Shown here piece by piece: positions 16,776 to 27,304 of a stretch of DNA of 64,000 nucleotides. The translations under genes and the position numbers were made by a program. How positions within the stretch are numbered: the stretch's first letter is position 1; every line of letters starts with the position of its first letter. A model generated the notes under the pieces. It saw only the letters and a list, made by a program, of their open reading frames with translations. It was not told the origin of the DNA and did not search any database. The stretch is from Bacilli bacterium (GTDB taxonomy: Bacteria; Bacillota_I; Bacilli_A; RF39; UBA660), in contig JAEDJT010000003.1 of assembly GCA_016296185.1 (NCBI GenBank), positions 7,125 to 71,124 on the forward strand, given 5' to 3'.

Positions 16776-17897
16776 ATGCGTAAATGGGATAAAAAAACAT
16801 TAAATGAATTAAAAGATTATTATTCATTAATGTATGAGTATTCTTCTAATGATCCTTTTCAACAAAATGAATACTATAATACTATTTCTTCATTAAATTA
16901 TATTGCTAGTTTAAATACAGGATTACATATTGCTTTGCCATCTAAGGTTAAATATGTTGATGTTGTAAATAGTGATCTTGGTATATTATCAACTTATGGT
17001 CATTATTGCCCTATTCTTAGAACTATGCAACCTCATTATGATAATTATTATATAGGTAATTCTAACTTAAAAAATGTTAAAAGTGATCCAAAGAAATTAT
17101 TACAAGTTACTGATGATTTTTACGAAGATTTTTATGATACTATTACATTATCATATAGAGAAATCAGAAAATGGTTTGATACTAATATGATGTTTTTTAA
17201 TATATCTAAAGATAAAATATGTTCAGGCGAAACATATGGCGTATATGGAACTGGTATAAGTTTTTATAGTATTGGTATTGCTAATACTATACAGGATTAT
17301 ATTTCTGTTATACACGAAGCTGCTCATGGAATAAATAATAACGTTAATCCTAACATAATGTATGATCAAGAAAAATATTGTTTTATTGAAGCTGATGCAT
17401 TATTTATGGAATTAATAGGCGCTGATTTTGTTGCTAATTCTTTAAACGCTAAAAAAGAAATATTTAAATTAAAATTAGATACTTTAAAAGATTATTTATA
17501 TTCATGCGATGTAATATGTACTAAGATGGACATGTATAATGAATTATCAAAAAATGATAAATATAATAAAAAAGAAGCAATTTCATTTTTAAAAAATGGA
17601 TTAGGTTGTGATAAACAATACATTAAAGATGTTACTGAAACATATATTAGTGAATTATTTCATTACATCATTTCATATTTAACAGCTATAGAGTTATATC
17701 AATTATATAAAACTGATCCTGATGCTGCTATCATTCATTATATTCAAATTAGAGATATTAAAGGTTTATCTAATGTAGAATACTTGGAATATGTTAGAAG
17801 TCTTGGAATTAACCCTGGAGAAAATTTAGAGGCTTATATTTCTAGTTTATTAAAAATTGATAAAGAAAAAAAACTTATTTATGAAAAAAAGATATAG
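16776..17897 (+). CDS. Half-size M3-like zinc metallopeptidase, paralogue 2
   Basis: HEAAH ... FIEADALFMEL. N- and C-terminal blocks are colinear with paralogues 1 and 3. It starts 5 nt after the stop of paralogue 1. Confidence 0.5.
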   Translation: MRKWDKKTLNELKDYYSLMYEYSSNDPFQQNEYYNTISSLNYIASLNTGLHIALPSKVKYVDVVNSDLGILSTYGHYCPILRTMQPHYDNYYIGNSNLKNVKSDPKKLLQVTDDFYEDFYDTITLSYREIRKWFDTNMMFFNISKDKICSGETYGVYGTGISFYSIGIANTIQDYISVIHEAAHGINNNVNPNIMYDQEKYCFIEADALFMELIGADFVANSLNAKKEIFKLKLDTLKDYLYSCDVICTKMDMYNELSKNDKYNKKEAISFLKNGLGCDKQYIKDVTETYISELFHYIISYLTAIELYQLYKTDPDAAIIHYIQIRDIKGLSNVEYLEYVRSLGINPGENLEAYISSLLKIDKEKKLIYEKKI

Positions 17898-18930
17898 CAT
17901 TGATTTAGAATATATAAAAGAATTAAAAGAGTTAATGGTTATGTGTAATTCTGATCAATTAGATATTGATAGAATAACTAATTTAATAGATAGATTAAGC
18001 AATGGTTTTAATCAAGATGAAACAAATGATACTTTATCAAATATCAGAAACAATTCTGAATATTATACTGATTTTAAAGAGTTATATAAAGCTATTAGAC
18101 TATTCGTATCACGTGGAATATTTATAGATTCTATACCTGAACCTTCTTATAAAGAAATGATTATTTCTGATGATGATTCTATAACTCTTGCTCATGATTT
18201 TTATAAAGAACAAGGTAATTTCTTCTTAGACGGTTTTAATGATTTTAAATCTGATATGAATGATCATTTAGAGTTTATTGAACCTAATGATTATACTGAT
18301 GGTGAAATACATTTTTATAAATCAAGTGGTGATGCTTTTTTATTTACACCTGATCACAAAAATTTTACTAAAGTTAGTATTTTAATTCATGAACTTGAAC
18401 ATGTTATTGATTGTTTTAATAATCATGATTTTTATGAAAATCTATTAATAAGAGAAATATCCGCTGTATTTATGGAAATGATAGGTCTTGATTATTTAGC
18501 TAATGTATTCAAATTAGAAGATGCTCATTACATCAGAAGATTTACTCTTCACAGTATTGTAAAATCAGATGCTTATAATGCTTACTACAAAAATCAATTA
18601 TTATATCTAACTAACAAATATAAAGATTTAGATGATCAAAAATTACGCAAGTTATTAGTTAGTAAATTCGGAATGTCTAATGGATTTATTAATTTTTGCA
18701 ATAGTTATAATCTTTATCAAGATTATTATTATCAGTTAGCGCAATTAGTTTCTATAGAATTATATAAAATATATAATAACGACAAGGAGAAAGCTTTATT
18801 CGTCTTAAAAGACATTATTATGAATGGAACTGATGATAATATATTTAATATATTAAAAAAACATAATATTGTTTTAGTATCAAATGTAGTTAATTATGAA
18901 AATGATATGTGTTTAAAATTAGGCATTTAA
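17881..18930 (+). CDS. Half-size M3-like zinc metallopeptidase, paralogue 3
   Basis: HELEH ... IREISAVFMEM. The start is uncertain (ATG 17881 overlaps the paralogue 2 stop by 17 nt; TTG 17857 is the alternative) and no clear SD is present. Confidence 0.5.
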   Translation: MKKRYSIDLEYIKELKELMVMCNSDQLDIDRITNLIDRLSNGFNQDETNDTLSNIRNNSEYYTDFKELYKAIRLFVSRGIFIDSIPEPSYKEMIISDDDSITLAHDFYKEQGNFFLDGFNDFKSDMNDHLEFIEPNDYTDGEIHFYKSSGDAFLFTPDHKNFTKVSILIHELEHVIDCFNNHDFYENLLIREISAVFMEMIGLDYLANVFKLEDAHYIRRFTLHSIVKSDAYNAYYKNQLLYLTNKYKDLDDQKLRKLLVSKFGMSNGFINFCNSYNLYQDYYYQLAQLVSIELYKIYNNDKEKALFVLKDIIMNGTDDNIFNILKKHNIVLVSNVVNYENDMCLKLGI

Positions 18931-18958
18931 AAAAAAGAGACTTATGTCTCTTTTTTTA
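18929..18958. terminator. Bidirectional intrinsic terminator
   Basis: AAGAGAC-TTAT-GTCTCTT stem (18935..18952) flanked by an A-run and a T-run, between convergent genes. Confidence 0.7.
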
Positions 18959-19942
18959 TAGTTTATTTTCTATTATATATTGTTGATATTCTTTTATTAT
19001 TTTAAACATATCTTCAGTATTTTTACTTTGGCAGATAAGATTCTTTATTTCTTTTGATTTTGGCATGCCTTTTAAGTACCAAATGATATGGCTTCTTATT
19101 TCTAGTAATGCTCTTTTTTCATCTTTATCTTCTACTAGTAATTCATAATGTCTTTTCATCATTTCTACTTTATCTAGGAATGGAATTTCAGTCGGTTCTT
19201 TTCCTTCGTATAAATATTCTACACATTCTTTTATTAACCAAGGATTACCTAATACTCCTCTTCCGATCATTACTGCATCGCATCCTGTTTCTTCTAACAT
19301 TTGTTTTGCTTTATAACAATCCGTAACATCTCCATTACCTATTACTGGAATATTAACTGCTTCTTTTACGTTTTTTATTATATTCCAATCAGCATATCCA
19401 CTATATCCTTGTGATCTAGTTCTTCCATGTACAGCGATTGCACTTGCTCCGGCTTCTTCACATTTTTTAGCAATTTCTACTGCATTTATATGTTTCTCAT
19501 CCCAGCCACTTCTTATCTTAACTGTAACAGGTACTTTTACGCTCTCTACAACGGCTTTTACAATTTCATATACTTTATCTGGATCTTTTAATAAAGCACT
19601 TCCTGCTTGAGCTCTTACTGCTACTTTAGGAACAGGACACCCCATATTTATATCTATTATATCTGGATGCATTTTTTCTTCTACAATTTTTGCAGCTTCT
19701 ACAAATGATTCTTTATCACTTCCAAAAATTTGTTGTGATATTGGTCTTTCTTTTTCGCTCATTTTTAATAAATCAAATGTTTTATCATTTGAATAGCATA
19801 TAGCTTTATCAGATACCATTTCTGCGTATATTAAGCCTGCACCCATTTCTTTAATTATCTTTCTGTAAGATGTATTTGATATACCAGCCATAGGTGCTAA
19901 TACTATTTGATTTTTTATTTCTACATTACCTATTTTCCACAT
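18956..19942 (-). CDS. dusB: tRNA-dihydrouridine synthase
   Basis: LAPMAGISN, DINMGCP, and the FMN-binding TIM-barrel pattern. Start trimmed to the ATG 19942 after GGGGA. The ORF-track 62-aa N-extension overlaps the tspO promoter region. Confidence 0.85.
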   Translation of the reverse strand: MWKIGNVEIKNQIVLAPMAGISNTSYRKIIKEMGAGLIYAEMVSDKAICYSNDKTFDLLKMSEKERPISQQIFGSDKESFVEAAKIVEEKMHPDIIDINMGCPVPKVAVRAQAGSALLKDPDKVYEIVKAVVESVKVPVTVKIRSGWDEKHINAVEIAKKCEEAGASAIAVHGRTRSQGYSGYADWNIIKNVKEAVNIPVIGNGDVTDCYKAKQMLEETGCDAVMIGRGVLGNPWLIKECVEYLYEGKEPTEIPFLDKVEMMKRHYELLVEDKDEKRALLEIRSHIIWYLKGMPKSKEIKNLICQSKNTEDMFKIIKEYQQYIIENKL

Positions 19943-20033
19943 AAGCAATCCCCATTTCGAATGTATTATATCAAATAATATATAAATATGTATAGTTTTG
20001 AATATATCGTACATATTATTTAATGGTGATATT

Positions 20034-20477
20034 ATGAATTTAATAAAAAAAATATTGATTGGTGTTATTCCTTTAGCAGTTGGTACTATTGCAGCTTTGT
20101 TTAATAAGTTTGATTTATATAAGAACATAAATATGCCTAAAATCGCTCCTCCAAGTTATTTATTTCCAATAGTATGGACAATTCTATATATTTTTATGGG
20201 GATTGTTTTAGTTAGATTAGTTGAAACAAATAAAAAAGAAAATATTTTTATATTCTCTATTCAATTATTCTTAAATTTTATCTGGACTTTTTTATTTTTT
20301 AAATTTAAAGCATTTTTATCTTCTTTTATTATAATTATATTTTTAGATGTTTTTGTTTTCTATTTAATATTAAGATTATTTAATGATGATAGAAAATCTG
20401 CTTATTATTTAATGCCATATTTATTATGGATCTGCTTCGCTAGTTATTTAAACTGGATGGTATATTTATTAAATTAA
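20034..20477 (+). CDS. tspO: TspO/MBR family tryptophan-rich sensory protein
   Basis: Five TM spans, with PPSYLFPIVWTILY and YLLWICFASYLNW blocks. Start at the ATG after GGTGA. Confidence 0.7.
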   Translation: MNLIKKILIGVIPLAVGTIAALFNKFDLYKNINMPKIAPPSYLFPIVWTILYIFMGIVLVRLVETNKKENIFIFSIQLFLNFIWTFLFFKFKAFLSSFIIIIFLDVFVFYLILRLFNDDRKSAYYLMPYLLWICFASYLNWMVYLLN

Positions 20478-20489
20478 AAAAAGCTAAGA

Positions 20490-21317
20490 TTACTTAGCTT
20501 TTTTTGCTGTTTGTTTTTTTACTTTTTTAACAACTTTTTTTGTTTCTTTTTCAACTTCATCTACTACATCTGCAATAGTTTCTTTAACTTCTTCAACTTT
20601 TGTAGATATTTTTTCTTTAGTTGAAACATTTAACACAAATCTAAATAGTAAAGATGCTAATACAGCACCTACTATTGGAGCAACGATGAATACCCATAAT
20701 TGACTTAATACTAATCCATCATCACCAGTTGTTAATAAAGCTGGTCCAATACTTCTAGCAGGGTTAACTGATGTTCCAGTAAATGGAATACCAAATAAAT
20801 GAACTAAAGCTAAACTTAAACCAATACCTAATCCAGCATTTTTATTTTTTTCTTTTGAAGCTGTTAATACAACTAATACAAAAGCAAAAGTTAAAATTGC
20901 TTCTACAGCAAATGCAACACCTGCAGTAGTTATTTCAGGTAAGTTACTTAATGTAGCATATCCATTAGCTCCTAAGCTTGCATAGTTACCAAATAATAAT
21001 CCTACTATTTCAGCACCAACAATACCACCTAGAATTTGAACAACAACGTATTCAACACATTCAAGAACAGACATTCTTCCATCTATTGCCATAGCAATTG
21101 ATACTGCTGGATTAACATGAGCACCTGAAGTATTACCAAACATATAAATAATTGCTGTTAGTGATAAACCAAATCCTAAAGCGATTACTAATAGAGTATA
21201 TGGTAATGTTACTGTAGTAAGTGTATTCATGTATGTTGTAAATCCAACTGCAATTCCACAACCAAATAGAACTAAGAACATTGTTCCTAAAAATTCTGAT
21301 ACTAACTTTCTAATCAT
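20490..21317 (-). CDS. MIP-family aquaporin/glycerol facilitator with a Lys/Glu-rich C-terminal tail
   Basis: Two NPA boxes (HVNPAVS, SVNPARS) and six TM spans. The last 45 aa or so are charged (KKVVKKVKKQTAKKAK). Confidence 0.85.
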   Translation of the reverse strand: MIRKLVSEFLGTMFLVLFGCGIAVGFTTYMNTLTTVTLPYTLLVIALGFGLSLTAIIYMFGNTSGAHVNPAVSIAMAIDGRMSVLECVEYVVVQILGGIVGAEIVGLLFGNYASLGANGYATLSNLPEITTAGVAFAVEAILTFAFVLVVLTASKEKNKNAGLGIGLSLALVHLFGIPFTGTSVNPARSIGPALLTTGDDGLVLSQLWVFIVAPIVGAVLASLLFRFVLNVSTKEKISTKVEEVKETIADVVDEVEKETKKVVKKVKKQTAKKAK

Positions 21318-21406
21318 ACAAAATCCTCCTTGTATTTATTATATCACTTATACTTCTATTATGTTATAATTTCATTATAATAATTAATTATAATAAGGAG
21401 GATAAA

Positions 21407-21754
21407 ATGAGAAATTTGTTTAAAGTTGCTAAAAGATTTATTTCATTAATTTTAATTATAGTTGCAGCAATTGCAGTTGTATTAACTATTTATTTTGCAT
21501 ATCAAGATATGACATCAACAGATGTTAAAGAGTATATTGTAGAAAAATACGATTTTGGTACTTTTGATGTTTTTACTTATAAAACTACAATATATGTTTA
21601 TGAAGAAGATGCTAATTGTAATTCTTTATGGTTAAAAGAATGTACTGACGATAAAGATTTGGAAAAAGAAGTTATCTACTATACTAAAGGTGGTATAAAA
21701 TTTACTGTTAAATCTTTTAAAGATGGTTCTTTTGAAGATGATTATAATGGATAA
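21407..21754 (+). CDS. Hypothetical small membrane-anchored protein
   Basis: SD AAGGAGG, one N-terminal TM, 115 aa. Confidence 0.5.
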   Translation: MRNLFKVAKRFISLILIIVAAIAVVLTIYFAYQDMTSTDVKEYIVEKYDFGTFDVFTYKTTIYVYEEDANCNSLWLKECTDDKDLEKEVIYYTKGGIKFTVKSFKDGSFEDDYNG

Positions 21755-21783
21755 AAAAAAGAGTATTTAATACTCTTTTTTTA
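21753..21783. terminator. Bidirectional intrinsic terminator
   Basis: AAGAGTA-TTTAA-TACTCTT stem (21759..21777) flanked by an A-run and a T-run. Confidence 0.65.
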
Positions 21784-23109
21784 TGCAACTTTTTTGAATA
21801 TTATTTCTGTATTGTCATCTTGAGGAAGAATATTATTAATAACATATGATATTAATTTATCTCTGTTATTTTTAACATCACCATTTAGAACTTTAGAATA
21901 TAGGTCATTTAATACTCTACCTACTTCTTCTTGTTCTAAACCCATATTAACTAAATCACTACCATTTAATTTCATTTCATTTTTCTTTATAAATGATGAT
22001 TTTTTAGCTAATGACATTACTCTTTCATAATCTTTGTCTATGTTTATTAAATCTGTAGCATATGCTGGATTTTTGGCATAGAAATTTGCTTTTTTAAGTT
22101 TAAATAAATCTTCAATATCTTCTGTTCCAAATCTATTTAAGAATTCTTTAACTTTAACATCTTTATCTGAGAATTTATAATCATGATTTTCAATTAACTT
22201 AATTGTTTTTTGAATTATTTTTTTACTAAATCTTAATCTATTTAATATTTCGCGAGCCATTTCTGCGCTCTTTTTAGCATGATCTTTATATTCTGTTGTT
22301 CCATCTTCTTTTCTTACTGCAGTAAATGGTTTAGAAATATCATGGAATAAAATAGCTAATCTTAATTCTAATGTTGAATCAATGTTTTTCATAGCTACTA
22401 ATGTATGTTCTAACGCATCATATATATGATGACTATCATTTTGATCAAATCCTTCAAGTAATGCTAATTCAGGAATTACTTCTAAGAATATTTCAAAATA
22501 TTTCTTTATATAAAAGTCAGCTCTTCTTGTTACTAGTAATTTACTTATTTCATCTCTTACTCTTTCTGGAGCTACATCTTTTAATAATTCTTTGTCTTCA
22601 AACATATATTCAATTGTTTGTTTATCTATTTTCATTAAATATTCAGCTGATAATCTAATAGCTCTTAGTATTTTTAATGGATCATCTTGAAATATAGTAT
22701 CGTCATCACCATTTAATCTAATAATACGATTATTGATATCTAACAATCCTGTACTATAATCTATTAATCCATCTTCATCTGATAACGCTAATGCATTCAT
22801 TGTGAAGTCTCTAGTTGCTAAATCAGCTTCAAGGGTATTTTCTTTTGTTCTATATTGAGTTATTTTCATTGGGAATTTTGGATTTACAATATATAATGTT
22901 TTATTATTTTCACCTGTTAGATATGTACGATAGTTTTTATAGATTCGTTTAATATCTGACATTGTCGCATTTGTACTGATATCATAAGTTTTTGGTTTTT
23001 CGCCCATTACTAAATTACGAACAGTTCCACCAATGACATAACCTTCAAAGTCTTTGTCATATAGTAATGTTAATGCTTCATTGACCGGTTTTGGAATTAC
23101 TGCATCCAT
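21781..23109 (-). CDS. cca: CCA-adding tRNA nucleotidyltransferase with HD domain
   Basis: GGTVRN and RDFTMNA PolyA-pol/CCA motifs, HD region LFHDISKP. Start trimmed to the ATG 23109 after GGAGGT. Confidence 0.85.
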   Translation of the reverse strand: MDAVIPKPVNEALTLLYDKDFEGYVIGGTVRNLVMGEKPKTYDISTNATMSDIKRIYKNYRTYLTGENNKTLYIVNPKFPMKITQYRTKENTLEADLATRDFTMNALALSDEDGLIDYSTGLLDINNRIIRLNGDDDTIFQDDPLKILRAIRLSAEYLMKIDKQTIEYMFEDKELLKDVAPERVRDEISKLLVTRRADFYIKKYFEIFLEVIPELALLEGFDQNDSHHIYDALEHTLVAMKNIDSTLELRLAILFHDISKPFTAVRKEDGTTEYKDHAKKSAEMAREILNRLRFSKKIIQKTIKLIENHDYKFSDKDVKVKEFLNRFGTEDIEDLFKLKKANFYAKNPAYATDLINIDKDYERVMSLAKKSSFIKKNEMKLNGSDLVNMGLEQEEVGRVLNDLYSKVLNGDVKNNRDKLISYVINNILPQDDNTEIIFKKVA

Positions 23110-23206
23110 AACTATACCTCCATATCTTTTATTTTTACCCTCTATATTATTATACAATGATTTTGTCAAATTTGTATAGTAATTTTTTATAAAAAAATGA
23201 TGAAGA

Positions 23207-24889
23207 TTATTTCTCTTCATCATTTATTATTGAACTTATTAGTCTTCCTATACTATTATTAAATTTTTGAATTGTGAATTCTCCATCAAATTCATACCAT
23301 TCTGGTTGTTTTATATTTTGTTTTTTGGCTTTTGTTGTTAATTTATTATTACAACTTGTTATAAATGTATATGGTAATGCATCATAATAATAGTTTTCAT
23401 TAGTTTCTAATACTCTTTTTAATTCTTCATCTTTACATGTATTTATAAATTGTTTAAATCCTTCTACTTTTCCCATTTCTCTAGTTGCATATATAGTTCT
23501 TTTTGGCATATATTTGTATAATACTAGAATTGATAATGAGCTAATAATGCCAATTATATAAGATAGTATATATACTTTTTTCATTTTTAATATAATTGTT
23601 ATTAATATTCCCCATATTATAACTAATCCAATAATTGGTAACATTTTCTTTTCATATTTAAGATTAGTTACAACTACTCTTTCAGAAATATTAATTAATT
23701 CTAATAAAGTTACTATACTAAACATTACTGATATTGGAATTAAGTTAATCATATTTAATTCTATAAAAGGAATACTTGTAACCAACACTAGAATTAATGC
23801 AATCATTGTTGATAGTATTACTTTCTTTGATTCTGCTTCTTTTTCAAAATATTTATTTTTTTCTTCATCAGAATTTGATAGTAGTAATACTTCGTTTGTT
23901 ATATATCTCATTCTGTTTCTTAAATCATTTAATGATATTTCATTTAAATATTCTATTCTTTTATTATCATTTTTATTAGTTAACATATTTATATATTCTG
24001 ATAAGCCACCAGAAATATTTTTTCTAAAAATTGATTTAAATAATACTGATTCTTTATAATTACTACCATTGTATTGTTTTGTTCTTATAAACGTAAAATT
24101 TTTATTCTTTTCTATTATTTTTATATATCCTTTATTCGCTAATTCTAAGATCATATAAACTATATCTTTAGTTGTACATTTTCCGTTATACATTAAAGCT
24201 AATTCTAATGGATTTTCTTTCTTTGGCACTATAGATGTTTTTTCTATTTTTATTCCTCTATCTTTGCCAAATATTAACCATAATACGTAACTTATCATTA
24301 CAAATATAATTGGACCTATAATACTTAATTTAGTTAATGTTTCACTTAATAAAATATCATTTTTTCTTACTTCTACTATTAATTCATCATTTTCTTTTAG
24401 TGTTGTATATGAACCTGTTATTTTATTCTTTTCTACTTCAAATTTTATATCTTTTAATTCATTGCCATTTAAGTAAAATTTAATATTTTCTTCTTTTGTT
24501 TCAAATGGTAAATCTATATCGTAATTAAATATATTTATATTTGCATTGTAATCATTAGAAATTTTTATTTTATATATTTCATTGTTTTTATTATCTATTT
24601 CATTTCTAATTGTATATTTATGATTATCATAATTATTACTATCAATTATTATTTTAGAATCTTCATTATTATAAGACGAACTTACATTAATGTTTTTAGA
24701 TTTTTTATCAATGTTTTTTTCTATTTTAGTATTTGGTTTATCAAAAGATGCTGTAATTGTATCACGATATGTTATTTTATCTTTTGTTACATTTACGTAT
24801 GTATCGCATCTATTGATTGTGTATGCGAATACAATATTTGGAAAACACATAAGTGCTAATATAAATAGTATTTTTTTTATATTTTTCAT
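23207..24889 (-). CDS. Large membrane protein, DUF2207-like architecture
   Basis: Signal/anchor, about 190-aa N/K-rich extracellular domain, TM, cytoplasmic domain, then 3-4 TMs and a C-terminal domain. The family call is from architecture only. Confidence 0.4.
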   Translation of the reverse strand: MKNIKKILFILALMCFPNIVFAYTINRCDTYVNVTKDKITYRDTITASFDKPNTKIEKNIDKKSKNINVSSSYNNEDSKIIIDSNNYDNHKYTIRNEIDNKNNEIYKIKISNDYNANINIFNYDIDLPFETKEENIKFYLNGNELKDIKFEVEKNKITGSYTTLKENDELIVEVRKNDILLSETLTKLSIIGPIIFVMISYVLWLIFGKDRGIKIEKTSIVPKKENPLELALMYNGKCTTKDIVYMILELANKGYIKIIEKNKNFTFIRTKQYNGSNYKESVLFKSIFRKNISGGLSEYINMLTNKNDNKRIEYLNEISLNDLRNRMRYITNEVLLLSNSDEEKNKYFEKEAESKKVILSTMIALILVLVTSIPFIELNMINLIPISVMFSIVTLLELINISERVVVTNLKYEKKMLPIIGLVIIWGILITIILKMKKVYILSYIIGIISSLSILVLYKYMPKRTIYATREMGKVEGFKQFINTCKDEELKRVLETNENYYYDALPYTFITSCNNKLTTKAKKQNIKQPEWYEFDGEFTIQKFNNSIGRLISSIINDEEK

Positions 24890-24988
24890 ATACTCACCTT
24901 ATTCTGATATCATTATATCATAATGTTTATTTTTTTATTAACTTATTGTTTTATTTTTGCTATAATACCATTTGCAAGGGGTGTTATT

Positions 24989-25675
24989 ATGGCAACAATT
25001 GTGAATGAAGGTACAAAAGATTATAGAGTAACACGCAATTCAATATATGTTGGTAGTGTTGTTAAATTAAAAAATGGGAGCAAATTAACTGATGATTTAA
25101 GTATAGTTAATTGTGAAAAATATAGAACAATATTATTTTCTAAAAATGAAGATAATAATGCTGTAGATTTATTATATAAATCTCCTCTTTATCCTATTTT
25201 TGGTTACAATGATAATATTGATCAAGATAGCTTATTTGTTACTGGTGCTTGTTCATTAGAAGAAATTCTTGAATTTTATGGTTTTAATTATTTACTATAT
25301 TATGATGATGCAATCGCTATAAAAAATATTTACTTTTCTGATACATTTTTAAAACACAATTTACATTTATTTGGTATTACTAAAAAATTTGTTGATGAAA
25401 CATGTGTTTATCCAAAAGATAAAGATACTGATGATTTTTATATTAAATTAAGATTTATTGTTAAATCAATTTGTAGTGAATTAGATGAAAATGGAAAAGT
25501 ATCATTTAGTCATTTATATCAAAGTGGTAAATTACCTGTTGAAATCATTGATGCTATTTTAGAGGCAAGAGAATTATCGGAATATCAAACTAATAAAAAA
25601 AGTTTTATTAGTAAGTGTGATTCTTTTACACCAGTTAAAGAAGAAGGTATTATTAAAAAGTTAAGATACAAATAA
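24989..25675 (+). CDS. Hypothetical cytoplasmic protein
   Basis: Start trimmed to the ATG after AGGGGTG. No recognisable motifs. Confidence 0.45.
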   Translation: MATIVNEGTKDYRVTRNSIYVGSVVKLKNGSKLTDDLSIVNCEKYRTILFSKNEDNNAVDLLYKSPLYPIFGYNDNIDQDSLFVTGACSLEEILEFYGFNYLLYYDDAIAIKNIYFSDTFLKHNLHLFGITKKFVDETCVYPKDKDTDDFYIKLRFIVKSICSELDENGKVSFSHLYQSGKLPVEIIDAILEARELSEYQTNKKSFISKCDSFTPVKEEGIIKKLRYK

Positions 25676-25676
25676 A

Positions 25677-25705
25677 AAGATTAGTCAGTGACTAATCTTT
25701 TTTTA
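25677..25705. terminator. Bidirectional intrinsic terminator
   Basis: AAGATTAGTC-AGT-GACTAATCTT 10-bp stem followed by a T-run. Confidence 0.7.
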
Positions 25706-26416
25706 ATTATATATTTCTAATCTATTTTCAATAAACCATGAAGTTAAGAAATATGATGCAGCAGTAACGCATAATAATATCAATGATTCTATATATAGAA
25801 TTGTATCATATGAAGATGAATTTCCAATCATTTCATTTATGAATTCCATTACAAATGAATAACAGAATATACCAGTTAGCCATGCAATAACTGATGCACC
25901 ACCCATTTTAGGTACTATAGATTTAAATGCAATATATAATAATGTAATTACAGATGTGAATGTTATTGATGATGACATTAAGAATACGAAGAATTGGAAT
26001 ATCATTTCTTTAACATCACTATCAATATGTGCTAATTCTTTCATTATTGTTTCAATCAGATTTATATCTACTTTAGCTAGAGATATTTGTATTCCAATTA
26101 AGAATACTACTGCACAAAATACATTATATATAATTGCTAATATATATTTGGATAATAATATTTTTTTAGGAGACAATGGAATCATGCTTTCTAGTAAGAA
26201 TGTTTGTTTTTTATAGCTATTTAGTACTTTGTTAGTACCATATGCATATGCCATAAGCATTGAGCATATTAATACTAATCCGAATAAGAATGCAAATATT
26301 CCTTCTGGATCTGTTACAATATTAATAAAGAATATTGCTGCTACAAATAATAATACGTATTTTTTAGCTTTTAATTCATTTAATAATTCCCATTTAATAT
26401 AATTAAGCATTTGCAA
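25703..26416 (-). CDS. ABC-2 type transporter permease
   Basis: Six hydrophobic spans. Overlaps the upstream ABC ATPase gene by 14 nt. Confidence 0.55.
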   Translation of the reverse strand: MQMLNYIKWELLNELKAKKYVLLFVAAIFFINIVTDPEGIFAFLFGLVLICSMLMAYAYGTNKVLNSYKKQTFLLESMIPLSPKKILLSKYILAIIYNVFCAVVFLIGIQISLAKVDINLIETIMKELAHIDSDVKEMIFQFFVFLMSSSITFTSVITLLYIAFKSIVPKMGGASVIAWLTGIFCYSFVMEFINEMIGNSSSYDTILYIESLILLCVTAASYFLTSWFIENRLEIYN

Positions 26417-27104
26417 ACACCTCCAAATAATATTGTTCTATTGTTCTTCCAGTATCGATAATACTTTGTTTAAAAGCATTTGCTGCTACAGTACCATTTT
26501 TTAAGAATACTAATTGATCTAATATATCTTCAGTATCTTTAATTAAGTGTGTAGATATTATTATTAGATTTGATGGTGTACTGCATTCTTTTATTACAGT
26601 TAGCATTTGATTCTTTATAACAGGATCTAATGCTCCTAATGGTTCATCTAATAGATATATAGGTGTATTTCTTGCTAATGTTAACATTAGTACAACTTTT
26701 TCTTTGTTACCTTTAGATAAACTTTCTAAATTAGCTGTTCTATCAAGTCCTAATTTTTCACATAAATAGTTACATTTATTTATATCAAAATCAGTGAATG
26801 CTTCTTGATAATATTTAATAGCGTCATTTACTTTCATTGTTTTATATAAAAATTCTCTATCTGGCATAAATGAAATATATTTTCTTGTTTCATAAGATAC
26901 ATCCATTCCACATATTTTTACTGTACCAGTTTGATTTCTTATTATTTTCATAAGTGTTTTTAACATTGTAGTTTTACCACTACCATTTGGTCCTAACAAG
27001 CCTACTATATGTCCAGGTTGTAGTACTAAGTTAACATTATTAAGTGCTGCAAATCTACCATATAGTTTTGTTACGTTTGTTAATTCAATATAATTATTAT
27101 TCAT
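26403..27104 (-). CDS. ABC transporter ATP-binding protein
   Basis: Walker A GPNGSGKTT, signature LSKGNKEK, Walker B IYLLDEPL, H-loop STH. Confidence 0.85.
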   Translation of the reverse strand: MNNNYIELTNVTKLYGRFAALNNVNLVLQPGHIVGLLGPNGSGKTTMLKTLMKIIRNQTGTVKICGMDVSYETRKYISFMPDREFLYKTMKVNDAIKYYQEAFTDFDINKCNYLCEKLGLDRTANLESLSKGNKEKVVLMLTLARNTPIYLLDEPLGALDPVIKNQMLTVIKECSTPSNLIIISTHLIKDTEDILDQLVFLKNGTVAANAFKQSIIDTGRTIEQYYLEVFANA

Positions 27105-27146
27105 ATAAACTTCTCCTATGATTGATTATATCATATAATTATGCAC

Positions 27147-27173
27147 AAAAAAAAACTAGTCTTTCGACTAGTT
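27147..27173 (-). terminator. Intrinsic terminator after tRNA-Gly
   Basis: AACUAGUC-loop-GACUAGUU stem (27173..27154), then a U-run on the minus strand. Confidence 0.75.
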
Positions 27174-27182
27174 AATTTCTAA

Positions 27183-27256
27183 TGGAGCGGATGATGGGAA
27201 TCGAACCCACGTTATCAGCTTGGAAGGCTGAAGCTCTACCATTAAACTACATCCGC
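27183..27256 (-). tRNA. tRNA-Gly (anticodon UCC), CCA encoded
   Basis: Reverse complement GCGGATGTAGTTTAATGGTAGAGCTTCAGCCTTCCAAGCTGATAACGTGGGTTCGATTCCCATCATCCGCTCCA is a canonical cloverleaf. Confidence 0.95.
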
Positions 27257-27276
27257 AAATCAAGTAGGCAATTTAA

Positions 27277-27304
27277 ATTATACTATTTTTTTGTATAAAT
27301 GCAA
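27277..27304 (-). promoter_or_regulatory. Promoter of tRNA-Gly
   Basis: TTGCAT-16-TATAAT on the minus strand, about 20 nt upstream of the tRNA. Confidence 0.6.
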
